Source: Mustelus asterias (lineage: Eukaryota). Taken from it: 64,000 nucleotides of DNA. The stretch spans positions 60,016,001 to 60,080,000 of the forward strand of contig NC_135813.1 in NCBI RefSeq assembly GCF_964213995.1, read 5' to 3'. A model generated the notes under the pieces. That model was not told the DNA's origin. It saw nothing but the letters and a program-made list of their open reading frames with translations, and ran no database searches. Both the position numbers and the translations under genes were made by a program. This document shows, piece by piece, positions 24,894-38,540 of the stretch. Every line of letters starts with the position of its first letter. Positions within the stretch are counted from its first letter, which is position 1.

Positions 24894-25175
24894 CAATGAA
24901 GAGTACAGGAGGGCATGCCAGGAGAAGCACCAGGAATACCCAAAAATGTGATATCAACCTGGTAAAGCGACAACACAGGACTACTTGCATGCCAATCAAT
25001 GGGAGAAACAAGTAATAGACAGAGCTAAGTGATTCTGCTCAGATTAAAGCTCTGCACTCCTATCACATCCAGTTGTGAATGGTGATGCATAATAAAACAA
25101 CTCACTGGAGGAGGAGGATCCACAGATATTCCCATCCTTAATGGTGGAGGAGCCCAGCACATCAATGCAAATGAT

Positions 25176-27700
25176 AAGAAAGCATATGGCATAGTTGCCT
25201 TCATCAGCAGGGGGATTGAGTACAAGAGTTGGGAAATCATGGTGAATGTTTGTAAAACTCAGGTTAGGCTGCATTTGGAATATTGCATGCAGTCCTGGTC
25301 GCCACACTACCAGAAGGACGTGGAAGCTTTGCAGAGAGTGCAAAGATGGTTCAACAAGATGTTGTCTGGTCTCAAGGGTGGTGGCTATGAGGAGAAGTTG
25401 AATACATTAGGATTGTTTTCACTGTAAAGACAGAGGCTGAGAGAAGACTTGATAGAGGTCGACAAAATTATGAGCGGCATAGACAGAGTGGGTAGTCAGA
25501 GGCTTTTTCCAAGGGTGGAATTGTCAATTACAAGGGGGCACAGGTTCAAGGTGAGAGGGGGAAATTTTAAGGGAGATGTGCAGGGGAAGTTTTTCACGCA
25601 GAGTGGTGGGTGCCTGGAATGTTCTGCCAGATGAGGTGGTAGAAGCATGCACATTAGCAACATTTAAGAGACATCTGGATGGGTACATGAATAGGGAGGG
25701 AATAGAGGAATATGGACCAAGTAAGGGCAGAAGGGTTTTTTTTTGGTTAGTTAGGGCATCATTATCAGCACAGGCTTGGAAGGCCAAAGGACCTGTTCCT
25801 GTGCTATACTTCTCTTTGTTTTTTGATTAATCAAGGATAGTCAACATGGCTTCGTCGGGGGAGATCATGTCTAACAAATTGGATCAAATTTCTTGATGAG
25901 GTGACTAGATGTGTAGATGAGGGCAGTGCAGTTGATGTAGTCTACATGGACTTCAGTAAGGGTTTTGACAAGGTCCTGCATGGGAGACCAAGCAAATCAT
26001 TAAGAGCTGATTGGATCCAGGGCAATTTGGCAAATCGGATCAAAGATTGGCTTAGTGGTAGGGGGCAGAGGGTGATGGTCGAAGATTGTTTTTGCAACTG
26101 GATGTTTGTGTCCAGTCATATACCATAGGGATCAGGGCTGGGTCGCTTTCAGTTTGTAGTGTACATTAATGATCTCTGGGGTGAATGCAGGGGTTATGAT
26201 CAGTAAGTTTGCAGATGACATGAAAATTGGTGGTGTGTGGCAAATAGCGAGGATGAAAGCCTTAGATTAGAGGATGATAGGGCAGTAAGGTGGCACACTG
26301 GTTAGCACTGCTGCCTCACAGTGCCAGGGACTTGGGTTCAATTCTGGCCTTGGGTGACCATCTGTGTGGAGTTTGCACATTCTCCCTGTGTCTGCGTGGG
26401 TTTCCTCTGGGTGCTCTAGTTTCCTACCATAGCCCAAAGGTGTGCAGGTCAAAGGATTGGCTACAGTAAATTGCCTCTTAGTGTCCAAATATATGAGGGT
26501 CAGATGGATTAGCCATGGTAAATATGTGATGTTACAGGGATAGACAGAGGAGAGGGCCTGGTTAAAATACTGCATCACAGAATCAGTGCAGACTTGATGG
26601 GCCAAATTGCCTCCTTCTGCGGTGTAGGAATTCTATGATTCTATGATATAGGCAGGTGGTCAGATGGGCAGAACAGTGGCAAATGGAAATTAACTCTGGA
26701 AAGTGTGATGCATTTTGGGAAGACTAACAAGGCAAAGGATGATAGGACACCAGTAAGTACAGAAAACCAGAGGGATCTTCGCGTGCTTGTCCAAATATCC
26801 CTGAAGACAGCAGGACATGTAGATAAGATGGTTAAGAAGGCATATGGGCTATTTGCCTTTATTACCTATGGCATAGAATATAAGCACAGTAAGAAGTCTC
26901 ACAACACCAGGTTAAAGTCCAACAGGTTTATTTGGTAGCAAATACCATAAGCTTTCGGAGCAATGCTCCTTCGTGAAGGAGCATTGCTCCGAAAGCTTAT
27001 GGTATTTGCTACCAAATAAACCTGTTGGACTTTAACCTGGTGTTGTGAGACTTCTTACTGTGCTTACCCCAGTCCAACGCCGGCATCTCCACATCATAGA
27101 ATATAAGAGCGGGAAGATTATGATGGGGCTTTGTAAAATGCTTGTTAAACAACAGCTAGAGTACTGTGTGTAGTTCTAGTTGCCAGACTGCAGGAAGGAA
27201 GTGATTGCACTAGGAAGGGTGCAGAAGGGGTTCACCTGGCCTGGAGTGTTTCAGCTATGAAGAGAGGCTGCTTCAGCTGCGGTTGGTTTCCTTAGAGCAG
27301 AGAAGGCTGAGGGGGGAACCTGATTGAGGTGTATAAAATTATGGGTGGCACAGATAGGGTTGATAGGAAGGAACCTTTCCCCTTAGTAGAGCAGTCAATA
27401 ACCAGGGGAAATAGATTTAAGGTAAAGTGCAGGAGGTTTAGAGGGGAGTTGAGGTCAACCTTTTTTACCCAGAGGGTGGTGGGAATCTGGAACTCACTGC
27501 CTGAAATAGTGGTAGAGGCAGCAACCCTCACAACATTTAAGAAATATATAGATGAGCATTTGAAACACCAAAGCACACAAGGCTATGGACCAAGTGCTGG
27601 AAAATGGGATTAGAATAGATAGGTGCTTGATGGCCAGTAAAGACATGGTGGGCCATAGGGCCTTTTTCGGTGCTGTAAAACTCTATTACTCAATGACTCT
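25176..27700 (+). mobile_element. Two CR1 fragments (about 25176-25825 and 25826-27700) containing a HE1 SINE (about 26281-26645) and a PLE palindrome
   Basis: ORF pieces VRLHLEYCMQSWSP, VDVVYMDFSKGFDKV, FFTQRVVGIWNSLPE. Confidence 0.85.
26881..27094. mobile_element. PLE pseudo-LTR fold-back insertion (186-bp palindrome plus 3' extension)
   Basis: Perfect 92-bp inverted arms 26881-26972 and 26975-27066; 13-bp TSD CATAGAATATAAG at 26872-26884 and 27095-27107. Confidence 0.9.
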
Positions 27701-29089
27701 ACAAATGTCTGTGTATGCCGGGTCGACAAAACACAGGCCAAATCTAAATCAGCCAATTACTGCCCTACTTGAGATCATCAGCACAGTGATGGAAGGTGTT
27801 ATCAACAGGGCTAGCAGGCACCAATTACACAGCAATAATCTCCTCACTGGTGCTCAGTTTGAGTTCTGCCAATGCTACCCAGCTCCTGATCTTATGAGAG
27901 TCTTGGTCCAAACATGTACAAAAGAGCTGAGCTCAAGAGGTGAGTTGGGAGTGGCTGCCCTAGATGTTAATGCAGCATTTGACTCAGTGTGGCATCAAAG
28001 AGCCCTAGCAAAACTGGAGTCAATGTGAATTGTGGTGAAACCCTACACTTTTGGAGTCATACTTGACACAAACAAAAATGCTTGTGGTTGTTGGAGGTCA
28101 ACCATCTCCATCCTGGGACATCACTGCAGAAGTTGCAGGGTAATGACCCAGGCCTAACCATCTTCAGCTGACTTTCCTCCATCATAAGGTCAGAGCAAGA
28201 ATGGTCACTGATCAGTGTTTTGTACCATTCACAACTGTGCAGATACTGAATCATTCTATGTCCATGTAAAGCAACAACACCAGGACACATTCAGTTTTGA
28301 GCTGAAAAGTGGCAGGTAAGCGCTATGCAAAAAATAACAGAATGTAATAAAATTCCCTTGGCAATCAACAACATTGCCATCACGGAATCCCTCACCAGGG
28401 GGTTAACATTGACCAGAAATGGAACTGGACCTGCAAAGTGAATACTGCGTCTACAAGAGCAGATCAGAGGCTGGCAATTCTGTGGACAGTAACTCACCTC
28501 CTGTCTCCGCAAAACCTGTCTACCATCTACAAGGCACAGGTCAGGAGTGTGTTGAAATATTCTTCACTTGGCAGCATGAGAAATTTGACACCATCCAGGA
28601 CAAGGCATTCTGCTTGATAGGCACCTGTGCACCACCTTAAGTATTCAGTCCCTCCAGCACTGGCGACAGTGGCAGCAGCATGTAGCATTTATAACATGCC
28701 AAGGAAATTCCAAGCACTTGTCCTCTAACAGCTAGAGAGGGGCAAGGTCAGCAGATGCGTAGGAGCATCACTATCTGTAAATTTTCCTTCAAGCTGCACA
28801 ACTCCTGACTTGGAACGTTATCGCCGTTCCTTCAATGCCACCTGGTGAAAGTCCTGGAATTCTGTTCTTAACAGCACTGTGGATGTATATGCACCAAATA
28901 GACTGCATTGGTTCAAGGGTGATTAGGGTTGGACAATAAATGATGACCTTGTCAGCGACACTCATATCCCATGAAAAAATAGAAAAAAACGCTAATGGCG
29001 TCAAATGATTAACCTATTATATTACACAATGTCACGCACAATGCTTGCATTTTCTAACAGGCAACAAAAGACATGTGACAATTATAACA

Positions 29090-30340
29090 GCAACAATTTG
29101 CATTTAACTACTACCTTTACTGCAGTAAAACACCCCAAGGCGTAGGAGCATTCTCAAACAAGATTGGGCACATAAGGGGATGCTAGAACAGGTGACCTAT
29201 AGCTTGGTCAAAGAGGTCAGTTTTAAGGAGAATGTTAAAGCAGGAAAGGTGGAGAGGTCCAGGGAGGAAATTCCAGAGCTTAGAGCCTTTGCAACTGAAG
29301 GAACTACCCCCAATAGTGGAGTAGTCAAAATTGCAAATACTCCAAGAAGCAGATATTCTAAGATCAAAGGTATCTCGGAGGATTGTAGGTCTGAAGATTA
29401 TAAACATCGGGAGGATGAGGCCATAAACAAGGATGAGAATGATCAAATTGAAGCATTGTTTAACTGCCAGCCAATGAAGGTTAACAAGTACAGATTCGAT
29501 GGCTGAATTGGACATTGTGATTTAGGACATGTTATAACTCAGGAAGCCTGACTGGAAAGGAATAGTATTTATTGTTAAACATAAAGTAAAGCCAATACTC
29601 TATGGCATACATACTTAAGTCCCAACTTTCTTTTTATTTAAACAATTCACCCAAAAACATTACAATCCAGATACATTATAAATTACAAACTAAATACTAT
29701 ATAATTTCACAATGATAAATCATTAAAACAATAAGCTGATATAACAACAATGTCAACAGTAAATATACTTTCCTTAATACAACAGCAAATAACTTCCCTT
29801 CCAATGAAAATGGAGTCCATTTTTAGCTATCTGTCACCTTTCAGGGTTTTGCCTCCCACGTTTCATCTTCTGGGGTTATGTCATCTGGGGTATCACTATG
29901 CGAGATTTCATCGTGCAGGATTTTGCTGTGCGGGGTTTTGCCGTGCGGGTTTCACCTTCTCGGACACAAGAGGCCCAACTGGAATAGTCTTCACACAATT
30001 CCCAACTGGGACGATAGTTCTGCAGAATCTTCTTGGTGCCTGCCTTATAAAGAGCTCAGATGACAAGTTTCAACCTTTTACTAAAGGATCTCTTATTCAA
30101 TGAGACCCACATAGAGATCAATTAGGGGGTTATCACAGGGCATGAATAGCAGAGATTTAGATGACCTCAGTTTAGCAAATGTGAGAGGTTGGTCAGGAGC
30201 ATGTTGTGATATTCAAGTCTACATGCAATGAATACATAAACAAAGATTCAGCAACAGATAACTTGAGGAAGAGATGGTGTCATTTCAGATGATGGAGGTG
30301 AGGGGGTTACAAAGTAACCATATTGCAGTCTGTGGTGGAG
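29090..30340 (-). mobile_element. L2-clade LINE 3' fragment
   Basis: Minus ORF VLVNLHWLAVKQCFNLIILILVY..KLWNFLP..FNILLKTDLF; L2-type 3' end ..AAATGCAAATTGTTG. Confidence 0.75.
29530..30137 (-). mobile_element. Probable solo LTR inserted in L2
   Basis: TGTTATAAC...GTTATCACA termini (8/9 inverted match), flanks GGACA/GGGCA, minus-strand TATA-like near 30045 and AATAAA near 29570. Confidence 0.55.
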
Positions 30341-30902
30341 TATTCAATGGCACACCACAACTTCACAATTTTCTGCTTCAGAGGGAAATTAATGGTGAAA
30401 ACTGGCACTTCACCACAGCAGCAACATTTCCCCGCACCTCCCCCCCGCTACCACCCCCCCGCCCCCCCAAATTCCAATCCCCTGTCTGTTTTGAAAATTT
30501 TTACTGATGCATCGTAAATGTTTTGAAATTATCCTGTTATATCTTTTTCCAGAATTTTGGGAAATAAATGAAGAAAACCTGCCCCAAATCAAACTTGAAT
30601 GTAGTTTGGCTGATTAAATGGTATTGATGCAGCGAGGTAAATTTGGCATACTGCACATGTATTCATCCTACAGAGGCACAGTTCTGGGAGAAGTTGTTCT
30701 GGTCATTGATGAACGAATAAGTCTAGCCTTCAGTCCACTTCAATGAAGACATTAAAACACTATTCTAATGATTCATGCAATCACATTAATGTGAAATATA
30801 GAATATTTTCATTGTGAAGCTTTGCTTTAAATGATTTTGGACAATAATTGATGAAATTATTAAGAAGGAATGGTTGCCAGAACATTTCCCAGGAAGCATT
30901 TT

Positions 30903-31035
30903 AAACATCTTTGGACTGTGGGAGAAAACCGGAGCACCCGGAGGAAACCCACGCAGATACGGGGAGAATGTGCAAACTCCACACAGAGGCTGGAATTGAA
31001 CCCGGGTCCCTGAGGCAGCAGTGCGAACCACCCTG
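30903..31035 (-). mobile_element. Partial HE1-type SINE
   Basis: V-domain core on minus. Confidence 0.8.
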
Positions 31036-31229
31036 CTCCTGTGTTGCCCTTTTGTGTGAGGTCTTTTCTGTATATGAAGAGGTTTTACTTGTTCCTCCTG
31101 GAGGAACTTGTCTTTGGTTGCCTATGAGGTCCTGCACTTTGACGTAGGGAAAGGGGTCTCATATTTTTGTCTGTGGGAGAGGTTACTTTTTTGCATAATC
31201 TTGTGCAGCCAACTAAGTAGAGTCAAAAT

Positions 31230-34200
31230 TATAGTCATTTCAGCGTAGAAGGAAACTATTTGGCTTATTGAGTCCATGCAGACTTGCGATAGGACAATCC
31301 AATTAGTCTCATTTTCCTGTTCTGTATCCTTACCTCTGCAAATATATTTCCTTCAAGTGCCCATCCAATTTCCTTTCAAAATCACTTGTTCCTGCTATTA
31401 CCACCCTGATTGGCAGTGAGTCATTGTCAGTTGCTGTATTAACAGGTTCTTCCTCACTTCCCCCTGCTTCAGCTGCCCAAACCTTTAAATCTGCGTCTCC
31501 ACGCCCTTGTAGCATTTACTAATGGGCACAGCTTTTTAATATCTGTTTTATCTTCACCCACCCTAAGTTTGTACACCTCTATCAAATCTCCTTTCAGTTT
31601 CCTTTGCTCCATAGTTAACAACCCCAGATTTCCATCCAAACCTTGTAACTTAAAACCCCATCCATCCTTGCAGCCATTCTGGTAAATCTCCTCTGCACAT
31701 TTTCAAGTACCCCCATATCATTGCTCAGTGTGGTGATGATCATAATGGGACTCTAGTTGTGGTCTGACCAGAGCTTTTTAAAGGTGCAGCATAACTTCCC
31801 TGGTTTTACACTCAATACCTCTATTTATGAAGCCCTAAATGCCATGTGAATCAATAACCACTCTCTCAATATGTCCTGCCACCCTCAACAATTGATGCAC
31901 ATGAACCCCCCCATTCTTTTGTCTCTGGAACTTTTTAAGTTGCATTGCCTCTCCCTTTCCTTCATTCCAAAATACATCAACTTGTACTTCTCAGCATTAA
32001 ATTCCATCAGCTACTTGTCTGCCCATTCTGTTAGCCTATTTATATCCTGCTGTAGTCGAGCGGTAGCATCCCAAAACTTGTTGCTCCTCCAAGTATCCAA
32101 ATTTTGAGCTTTCACTCTGTATTCCGATATCCAAGTCACATACATAGTCATAAAAAAAGCACTGCTCCTAGCAGTGACCCTCAGGAACACAACAGCCTAC
32201 CACCCTCCAGTCCGAAAAACAACACTTCACCATGACTTGCTGGAAGCCAATTATTTATCCAAGCTGACAATGCCATTTCAATTCCATGAGTCTTAATTTT
32301 GTTAACCAGCCAAATGTGACACTTTGTCAAATGCTTTGATAAAATCCATGTCGAGCACATCCACTGCATTCCCTTCAACAATCTTCTCTGTTACTTCATT
32401 AAAAATCTAATTAGATTTGTTGAGTACAATCTGCCTTTACAAATCCACACTAATCCCCCTTAATTCTCCAAGTGTCTGTTGATATTTCCCTGATTGTTGT
32501 TTCTAAAATCTTACCCATCACTGTAGTTACTGGGAATGTCCTTGCATTCTTTCTAGAATAAGGTTTACCACTCTCCAGTCCTTTGGTACTGTAGAGGGGG
32601 ATTCCTAACCATTTTCAGACAGAATGCAGTATTTCAAGAGACTGGACATTTGTAAAGAGTTAAATGATTCTTAAAAACAAATTAGCAAGAACAGTTTATA
32701 CATGCTCCTCCAAGTATCCTAATTTTTAGATTTTACTCTGTATTCCGATATCCAAGTCACATACATAATCATTTTTAAAAAAGCAGTGCTCCGAGCAATG
32801 TCCCTCAGGAACACAACAGTCTACCACCCTCCAGTCTGAAAAACAACATTTTACCATAACTTGCTGGAAACCAATTATTTATCCAAGCTGAATGCAGCAA
32901 GGAAATCGAAACAAGTAGTAATTATTTAAAAATGTATATGCTGATTTTTAAAAATGTATTTTAAATGTATTTTTCACTTTAGTCAAAGCAAGTTGCCAAA
33001 AGGCATGGTGGTGAAAGTAAAAAGTTCAGAGCCAAAGGCCTGGGAACCTAATAGTTAGCAAAACTCATGTCAGGAGGATTCCAATGAGGGAACATATTTT
33101 GCAACATAAATGAATAGGTACAGTCACTGCCCAGACACAGAATAGCTATGCTCTTGGATGCAGGATCACATGTCTATTTAGCTTGGCAGTCAGCTGGTCG
33201 TATTTTGATGTCCAAGAAACTTCACTGCAATCTTGTAACTAACTGCTCCATGATGATCTGACTACAACTGTCTTGAGTGGGAGATCTGAAATAGATACCT
33301 TCATTAGCCAGATTGTGTTCAAACAAGACTGCCTAATACCTAAAAACTACCTTTTAAATTTTAATTTTATGGGATGTGGGCATCGTTGCCTAGACCAGCA
33401 TTTATTGCCCATTCCTAGTTGCCCTTCAGAAGGTGGTGGTGTGCTGCCTTCTTGAACCGCTGCAGTCCCTGCCAGTAGTTGTTCACATCATCAAAGATGA
33501 ACTGATCTTTGGTGTCAGTATTAAATATCATCCCAATGAAAATCTCTTTCACTTTAGTCACTTTATGCCAAGAGTTAACTGATCACCATAAATATACATG
33601 ATTTGCATTTTGCTGATGATTGCAGTGTCTTTGCCCACTCTGCACCACATTGGCAGTCCACTCTCAATCGCTTCACTCAGCCTGTAGAGCAGAGCGCCGG
33701 AGATTCATTGCACTAAGCATGCCCAAAAAATGGGTGGGAAAATCTCCTGTTTTGCCGCCTGTTGGACAGTTAGGTTTTTTGGGGGAGAAACCCAGCCTAC
33801 ATGTTTCAATCAGATTGCCTCTCAATCTTCTAACCTCCAATGGATATATGTATAATATATCCAACCCATCTGCACATGCTAACCACATCCCCACTCTGCC
33901 CCACCTACCCCATCCCAGGAATCACTACAGTGAACCTTCTCTCAATTGGTTCTAATGTAATTTTGCCCTTTCTTAAATAAGGCGACCAAAAACTATACAA
34001 TATACACGAAATATGGTCTCATCATTGCCCTATGCAAATATAGCAAAGCATTCCTACTTCTAAATTCCACTCCCCTTGTGATAAATGACAACAACCCATT
34101 TGCCTCCTTAACCATTTGCTGTAACTGCATACTTACTTTTTGTGATTCATGTACCAGGACACCCAGATCCCTCTGTACCTCAGAATTCTGCAATTTATCT

Positions 34201-35710
34201 CAATTTAAATAATATTCTGCTTTTCTATGCTTCCTGCCAAAGTGGATGAGTTCACTGTTTCCCACATTATACTCCACTTGCCAAATGTTTGCCCACTCAC
34301 TTAACCTATCTAGAATCCTTTTCAGACTCGTCATGTCCTCTTCACAAGTTATTTTCCTACATTTCTTCACATCATCAGCAAATTTAGCAACCATACATTC
34401 AGCCCCTTTATCAAAGTCATTAATATAGATTTTAAATATCTGAGGCCCCCGCTCTGATCCCTATGACATTCTACTTGTTACATCCTGCCAAGCCAAAAGC
34501 GACCCGTGTGTGCTAAACCAGTTTCCAGTTAGTTAAGCAACTTTTCATCCATAGTAGTATCTTACTCTCTACACCATGAGCTCTTATTTTGTGTAGTAAG
34601 CTTTGATGTGGCAGCTTGCCAAATGCCTCCGGAAATCTAAGTACACCACACCTGAGGGTTTACCTTTATCCATGTTGCTTGTTGCTTCCTCTGAGAGCTC
34701 TAATAAATTAACTAAATGCGATTTCCTTTCACAAAACTATGTTGACTCTGCCTGATTGCATAGCGATTCTCGAAGTGCTCTCTGCAACCTCCTCAATAAT
34801 AGCTGATAAGGAGGTGGACCAAAATGCTGCAGTGAAGCAAAGACCCATTGCATAATAGTTTAATGCAACGTCACCTCGATCTCCAACACTTCTGTGCAGT
34901 AAGTTAAACTTTGATTTCATATTGAATATTTAATAAAATGGTCTATTTTGGCAGGAAGAATTAAAATAGCAGCATATTATCTAAATGATGAGAGATTGTA
35001 CAGCTCGGAAGTTCAAAGAGATCCAAATGTCCTACTGCATGAATTGCAAAAAAGTACTGCAAGTAATTAGGAATACAGGTACAGGAAATTAGAAAAGCTA
35101 GTAGAATGTTTTCGTTTATGGTGAGAAGAATTGAATATAAAGTTAGGGAAGTTATGCTTCAGTTGTACAGGGTATTAGCAAGACCATATCCCGAGTAGTG
35201 TGTACAGTGTTGGTCTCCTTATTTAAGGGAGGAACTAAATGCATTGGAAGCAGTTCAAAGAAGGATTACCAGACTAAATCCGGGATTGAGTGGGTTGTTT
35301 TATGAAAAAAGGTTGGAGAGGCTAGTTTTGTATCTGCTGGAGCTTAGAAGAGTGAGAGGTGACTTGATTGAAATATACAAGATCTTGAGGGGTCCTAACA
35401 AAGTGAATGCTCTTGTTCAAGGATCTAGAGCTGGAGGTCACTGTTTAAAAGGAGGGGTCTCTAATTTGAATGGGGATGAAGAGATTTTAGATCTGAGAGT
35501 GGTGACTGTCTTCCTCAAAAGGCAGTGGAAGCAGTGTCTTTGAATACTTTCAAGACAGGTAGTTTGATTCTTAAGCGAGGGGGTGAAAGATTATTGGGGG
35601 TAGGCAGGAATGTGGAGTTGACGTTCCAGTCACATTAGTCATGATCTTATCGAATGACGGAAGAGGCTCGAAGGCCCGAGTGCACTACTGCTCCGAATCG
35701 TATGTTCACA
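31230..35710. mobile_element. Old CR1 fragments: about 31230-32590 (-), 33790-34810 (-), 34940-35710 (+)
   Basis: ORF pieces VAKFADDVK, SEVQRDLGVLVHES, EAVQRRITRL..RRVRGDLIEIYK. Confidence 0.75.
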
Positions 35711-36399
35711 TATAGCAGCAATCAATTAAGCAAAAACAAAAATTCTGGAAAAACTCAGCAGGTTAAACATTGGTTTTAAAAATGCAGCTTCATCTTTTAT
35801 AGTTAACGATTCGATCTAATACGCGGAAAGCAAAAAATGAATAGATACAATTATAGGAAATGAGCCGACATTCTGCAGAGACCGCAAACAGAAACTGTCG
35901 CTACATTTCTTTACCGGCAGGTGGTGGTGTTGCACAGCGCAACTGATGCCGAGACAACCAATACGACAAAATGAGGACTCAGATGCACAGGAACGCATTC
36001 GGCATTTTCAATGTTGGCAGATCGTCTGAAAGACGAAACACACCATTATATTTATGAACAAGAGGTGATATTTCCTGTCAGGATGGTGTAAGATGCACCC
36101 CTCTGAGAAAGCACATAGTAAAACTGGTCGTAATAAGTGGAATTAGAGAGATTTTCCATCAATGTTTCTGCATATACTCGCTCGTTGAATTCCACATCGG
36201 AGATTACATTACAGGGCAGTCAGTCCAAAATGTTCGCAACCCTTAAAACTCGGCCAAATGACAAAAATCACCCTGCTAATTTCTTTAAATTTCAACGCAT
36301 TTATTCTCCCAGTGGCATCTTACCGCAAGATTTTCACTATATCCATGCCCAAAGAGGAGCGACATCAGGACGAAAGGAACGAATTTGGGCAGTTCTTTT

Positions 36400-38270
36400 C
36401 TAGGTGATTGGCATCACTCACATGCACTGCCCACCCTTAATTTCTATTGAGAAAATGGTAGAGAACCGTTTACTTGAACCGTGTATGTACATGGATAGTG
36501 CTGTCACGGAGGGTGCTCCCGAGTTTTAAACCAGCGACAAGTGAAGGAATGGCCAAATCTTGCCAATTGTGGATGGTTTGAGACTTGGTGGAGAATTTGC
36601 AGGTAGTAGTGCTCCCATACGGCGGCTGACCCTATTAATTTAGATCGTGGGCTTGGATGAACTATTGAAGGAATTCGGCGATTTGCTGCATCTGTTTGAT
36701 GGTCCACACTGCTGCCACTGTGTACCTGTGTGGGAAAATTGAATGTTTAAGGGGATGGAAGTGGTGCCAATCAAGCTAGTTGCTTTGACCTGGGTGCTTT
36801 TTAAGTGTTGTTGGAGCAGCACTCATCCAGGCAAGTGGAAAATGTTCCGTCGCACTCCTGATTTGAGATATGTAGATGACGGTCAGGCTTTGGGGAGTCA
36901 GAAAGTGAGTTATTCGCAACATAATTCCTGACCTCTGATTGCACTCAGGGCCCCAGTATTTATGCGACTGGCCCAGTTTAGAATCTGGTCATTTGTAACT
37001 CACAGGATATTGTTACGAGGGTATTCATAGATAGAAACATCATAGAAACCCTACAGCGCAGAAAGAGGCCATTCGGCCCATCGAGTCTGCACCGACCACA
37101 ATCCCACCCAGGCCCTACCCCCATATCTACCCACTAATCCCTCTAACCTACGCATCTCAGGACACTAAGGGCAATTTATAGCTTGGCCAATCAACCTAAC
37201 CCGCACATCTTTGGACTGTGGGAGGAAACCGGAGCACCCGGAGGAAACCCACGCAGACACGAGGAGAATATGCAAACTCCACACAGACAGTGACCCAAGC
37301 CGGGAATCGAACCCAGGTCCCTAGAGCTGTGAAGCAGCAGTGCTAACCAATGTGCTACAGTGCCGCCCCAGGGTATCCAGTGATGGTAATTCCATTTAAA
37401 GTCATTGGAATTTACGACCTCACTCGCGCGAGACCGGAAATTCCTGCCGGAGGTCAACAGACATTTCTATTCTAGGTCTCTCACCCGCTCCGATTCTGGG
37501 GCGGACGAGGTGGTAGATTGTGTCATGATTAGATTCTCTCTTGTTGGAGATGGCCATTGTGTGTCATGAATGTTACTTGTTACATATCAGCCCAGTCCTG
37601 AATGCTGACCTTGCCGTTTCTTGACACACATTGATACACATCTGAGAAATAGTGCATTGTATCGAACATTGCGCAATCATCAGTGAACATCCGCAATTCT
37701 GATGGCAGGAAGGAGGTCATTGATAAAGCAGCTGAAGGTGTTTGAATCCAAGATGCTCCTTAAGGAAACTCCTGCAACAACATCCTTGGACTGAACATCT
37801 TCCTCTGGAATGGGCATGACTCCAAGCTTTGGAGAGCTTCCCCTGATTCCCATTTACCTAACTTCCAGTAGAGCTCCTTGTAGTGACTGGGTTAGATTAT
37901 CTTTACATTAAGGACAGTGACATGGAGAGAAGGAGGGAAGATCAGTGATGAAAAGCCAAAGACGATTGTACCTAGGGTACCACACTGAGAAACCCCTGCA
38001 ACAATATCCTGAAACTGCGATGATCCAACAACCAGAACTAACTTCTTTTATGTAAGGAATGATTTAACTTAGAACGAGAGTAAAAGAGTGAATTAGAGTG
38101 TATGCTGGGGACAGCTTGCAAGAAGTCACCATGCTCCGGCACCATTCTTTTTACTCCAGCCAATAGGGAGTTGTCTCTCTGATTACCATTGACTTAAGTT
38201 TTGCTAGGCCTCCTTGGTGCCATATTTGGTCAAATGTTGTCGTGATTTCATGGGCAGTCACATTCAATTC
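36400..38270 (-). mobile_element. Second-family LINE fragments with a HE1 SINE at about 37028-37368 (-)
   Basis: Reverse-complement similarity to 28300-28900; the SINE is flanked by AGGGTATTCA/AGGGTATCCA. Confidence 0.65.
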
Positions 38271-38540
38271 ACTATAGGGGAATGGTGGCATGGTGGTAAT
38301 GTCGAGTGAGCAATAGGCCTAGGCCATTGCGTTCAAATGGCAGCCGGTGGAATTTAAGCTTAATTAATTATAAATCCGGAATTGCAACCTAACGCTGACC
38401 AGGAAGGCATCATTGATTGATATAAAACCTCATCTGGTTCAATGATGTCTTTTAAAGAATGAAATCGGATTTCCTTAGCTAGCCTGGCCAACTTGTGGCT
38501 CCAGACCCATACGTTCTGTACTTACCCTTAACTATCCTCT

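Larger units (their letters stand above)
23160..28985 (+). mobile_element. Old LINE (second family) broken into pieces (about 23160-23808, 24894-25175, 27700-28985) by nested insertions
   Basis: Collinear endonuclease/RT remnants (VTEPTRGKMYL; LHSNNLLTGAQFEF..VAALDVNAAFDSVWHQ); tail GGACAATAAATG..GCGACACTCATATCCCATGAA. Confidence 0.7.
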
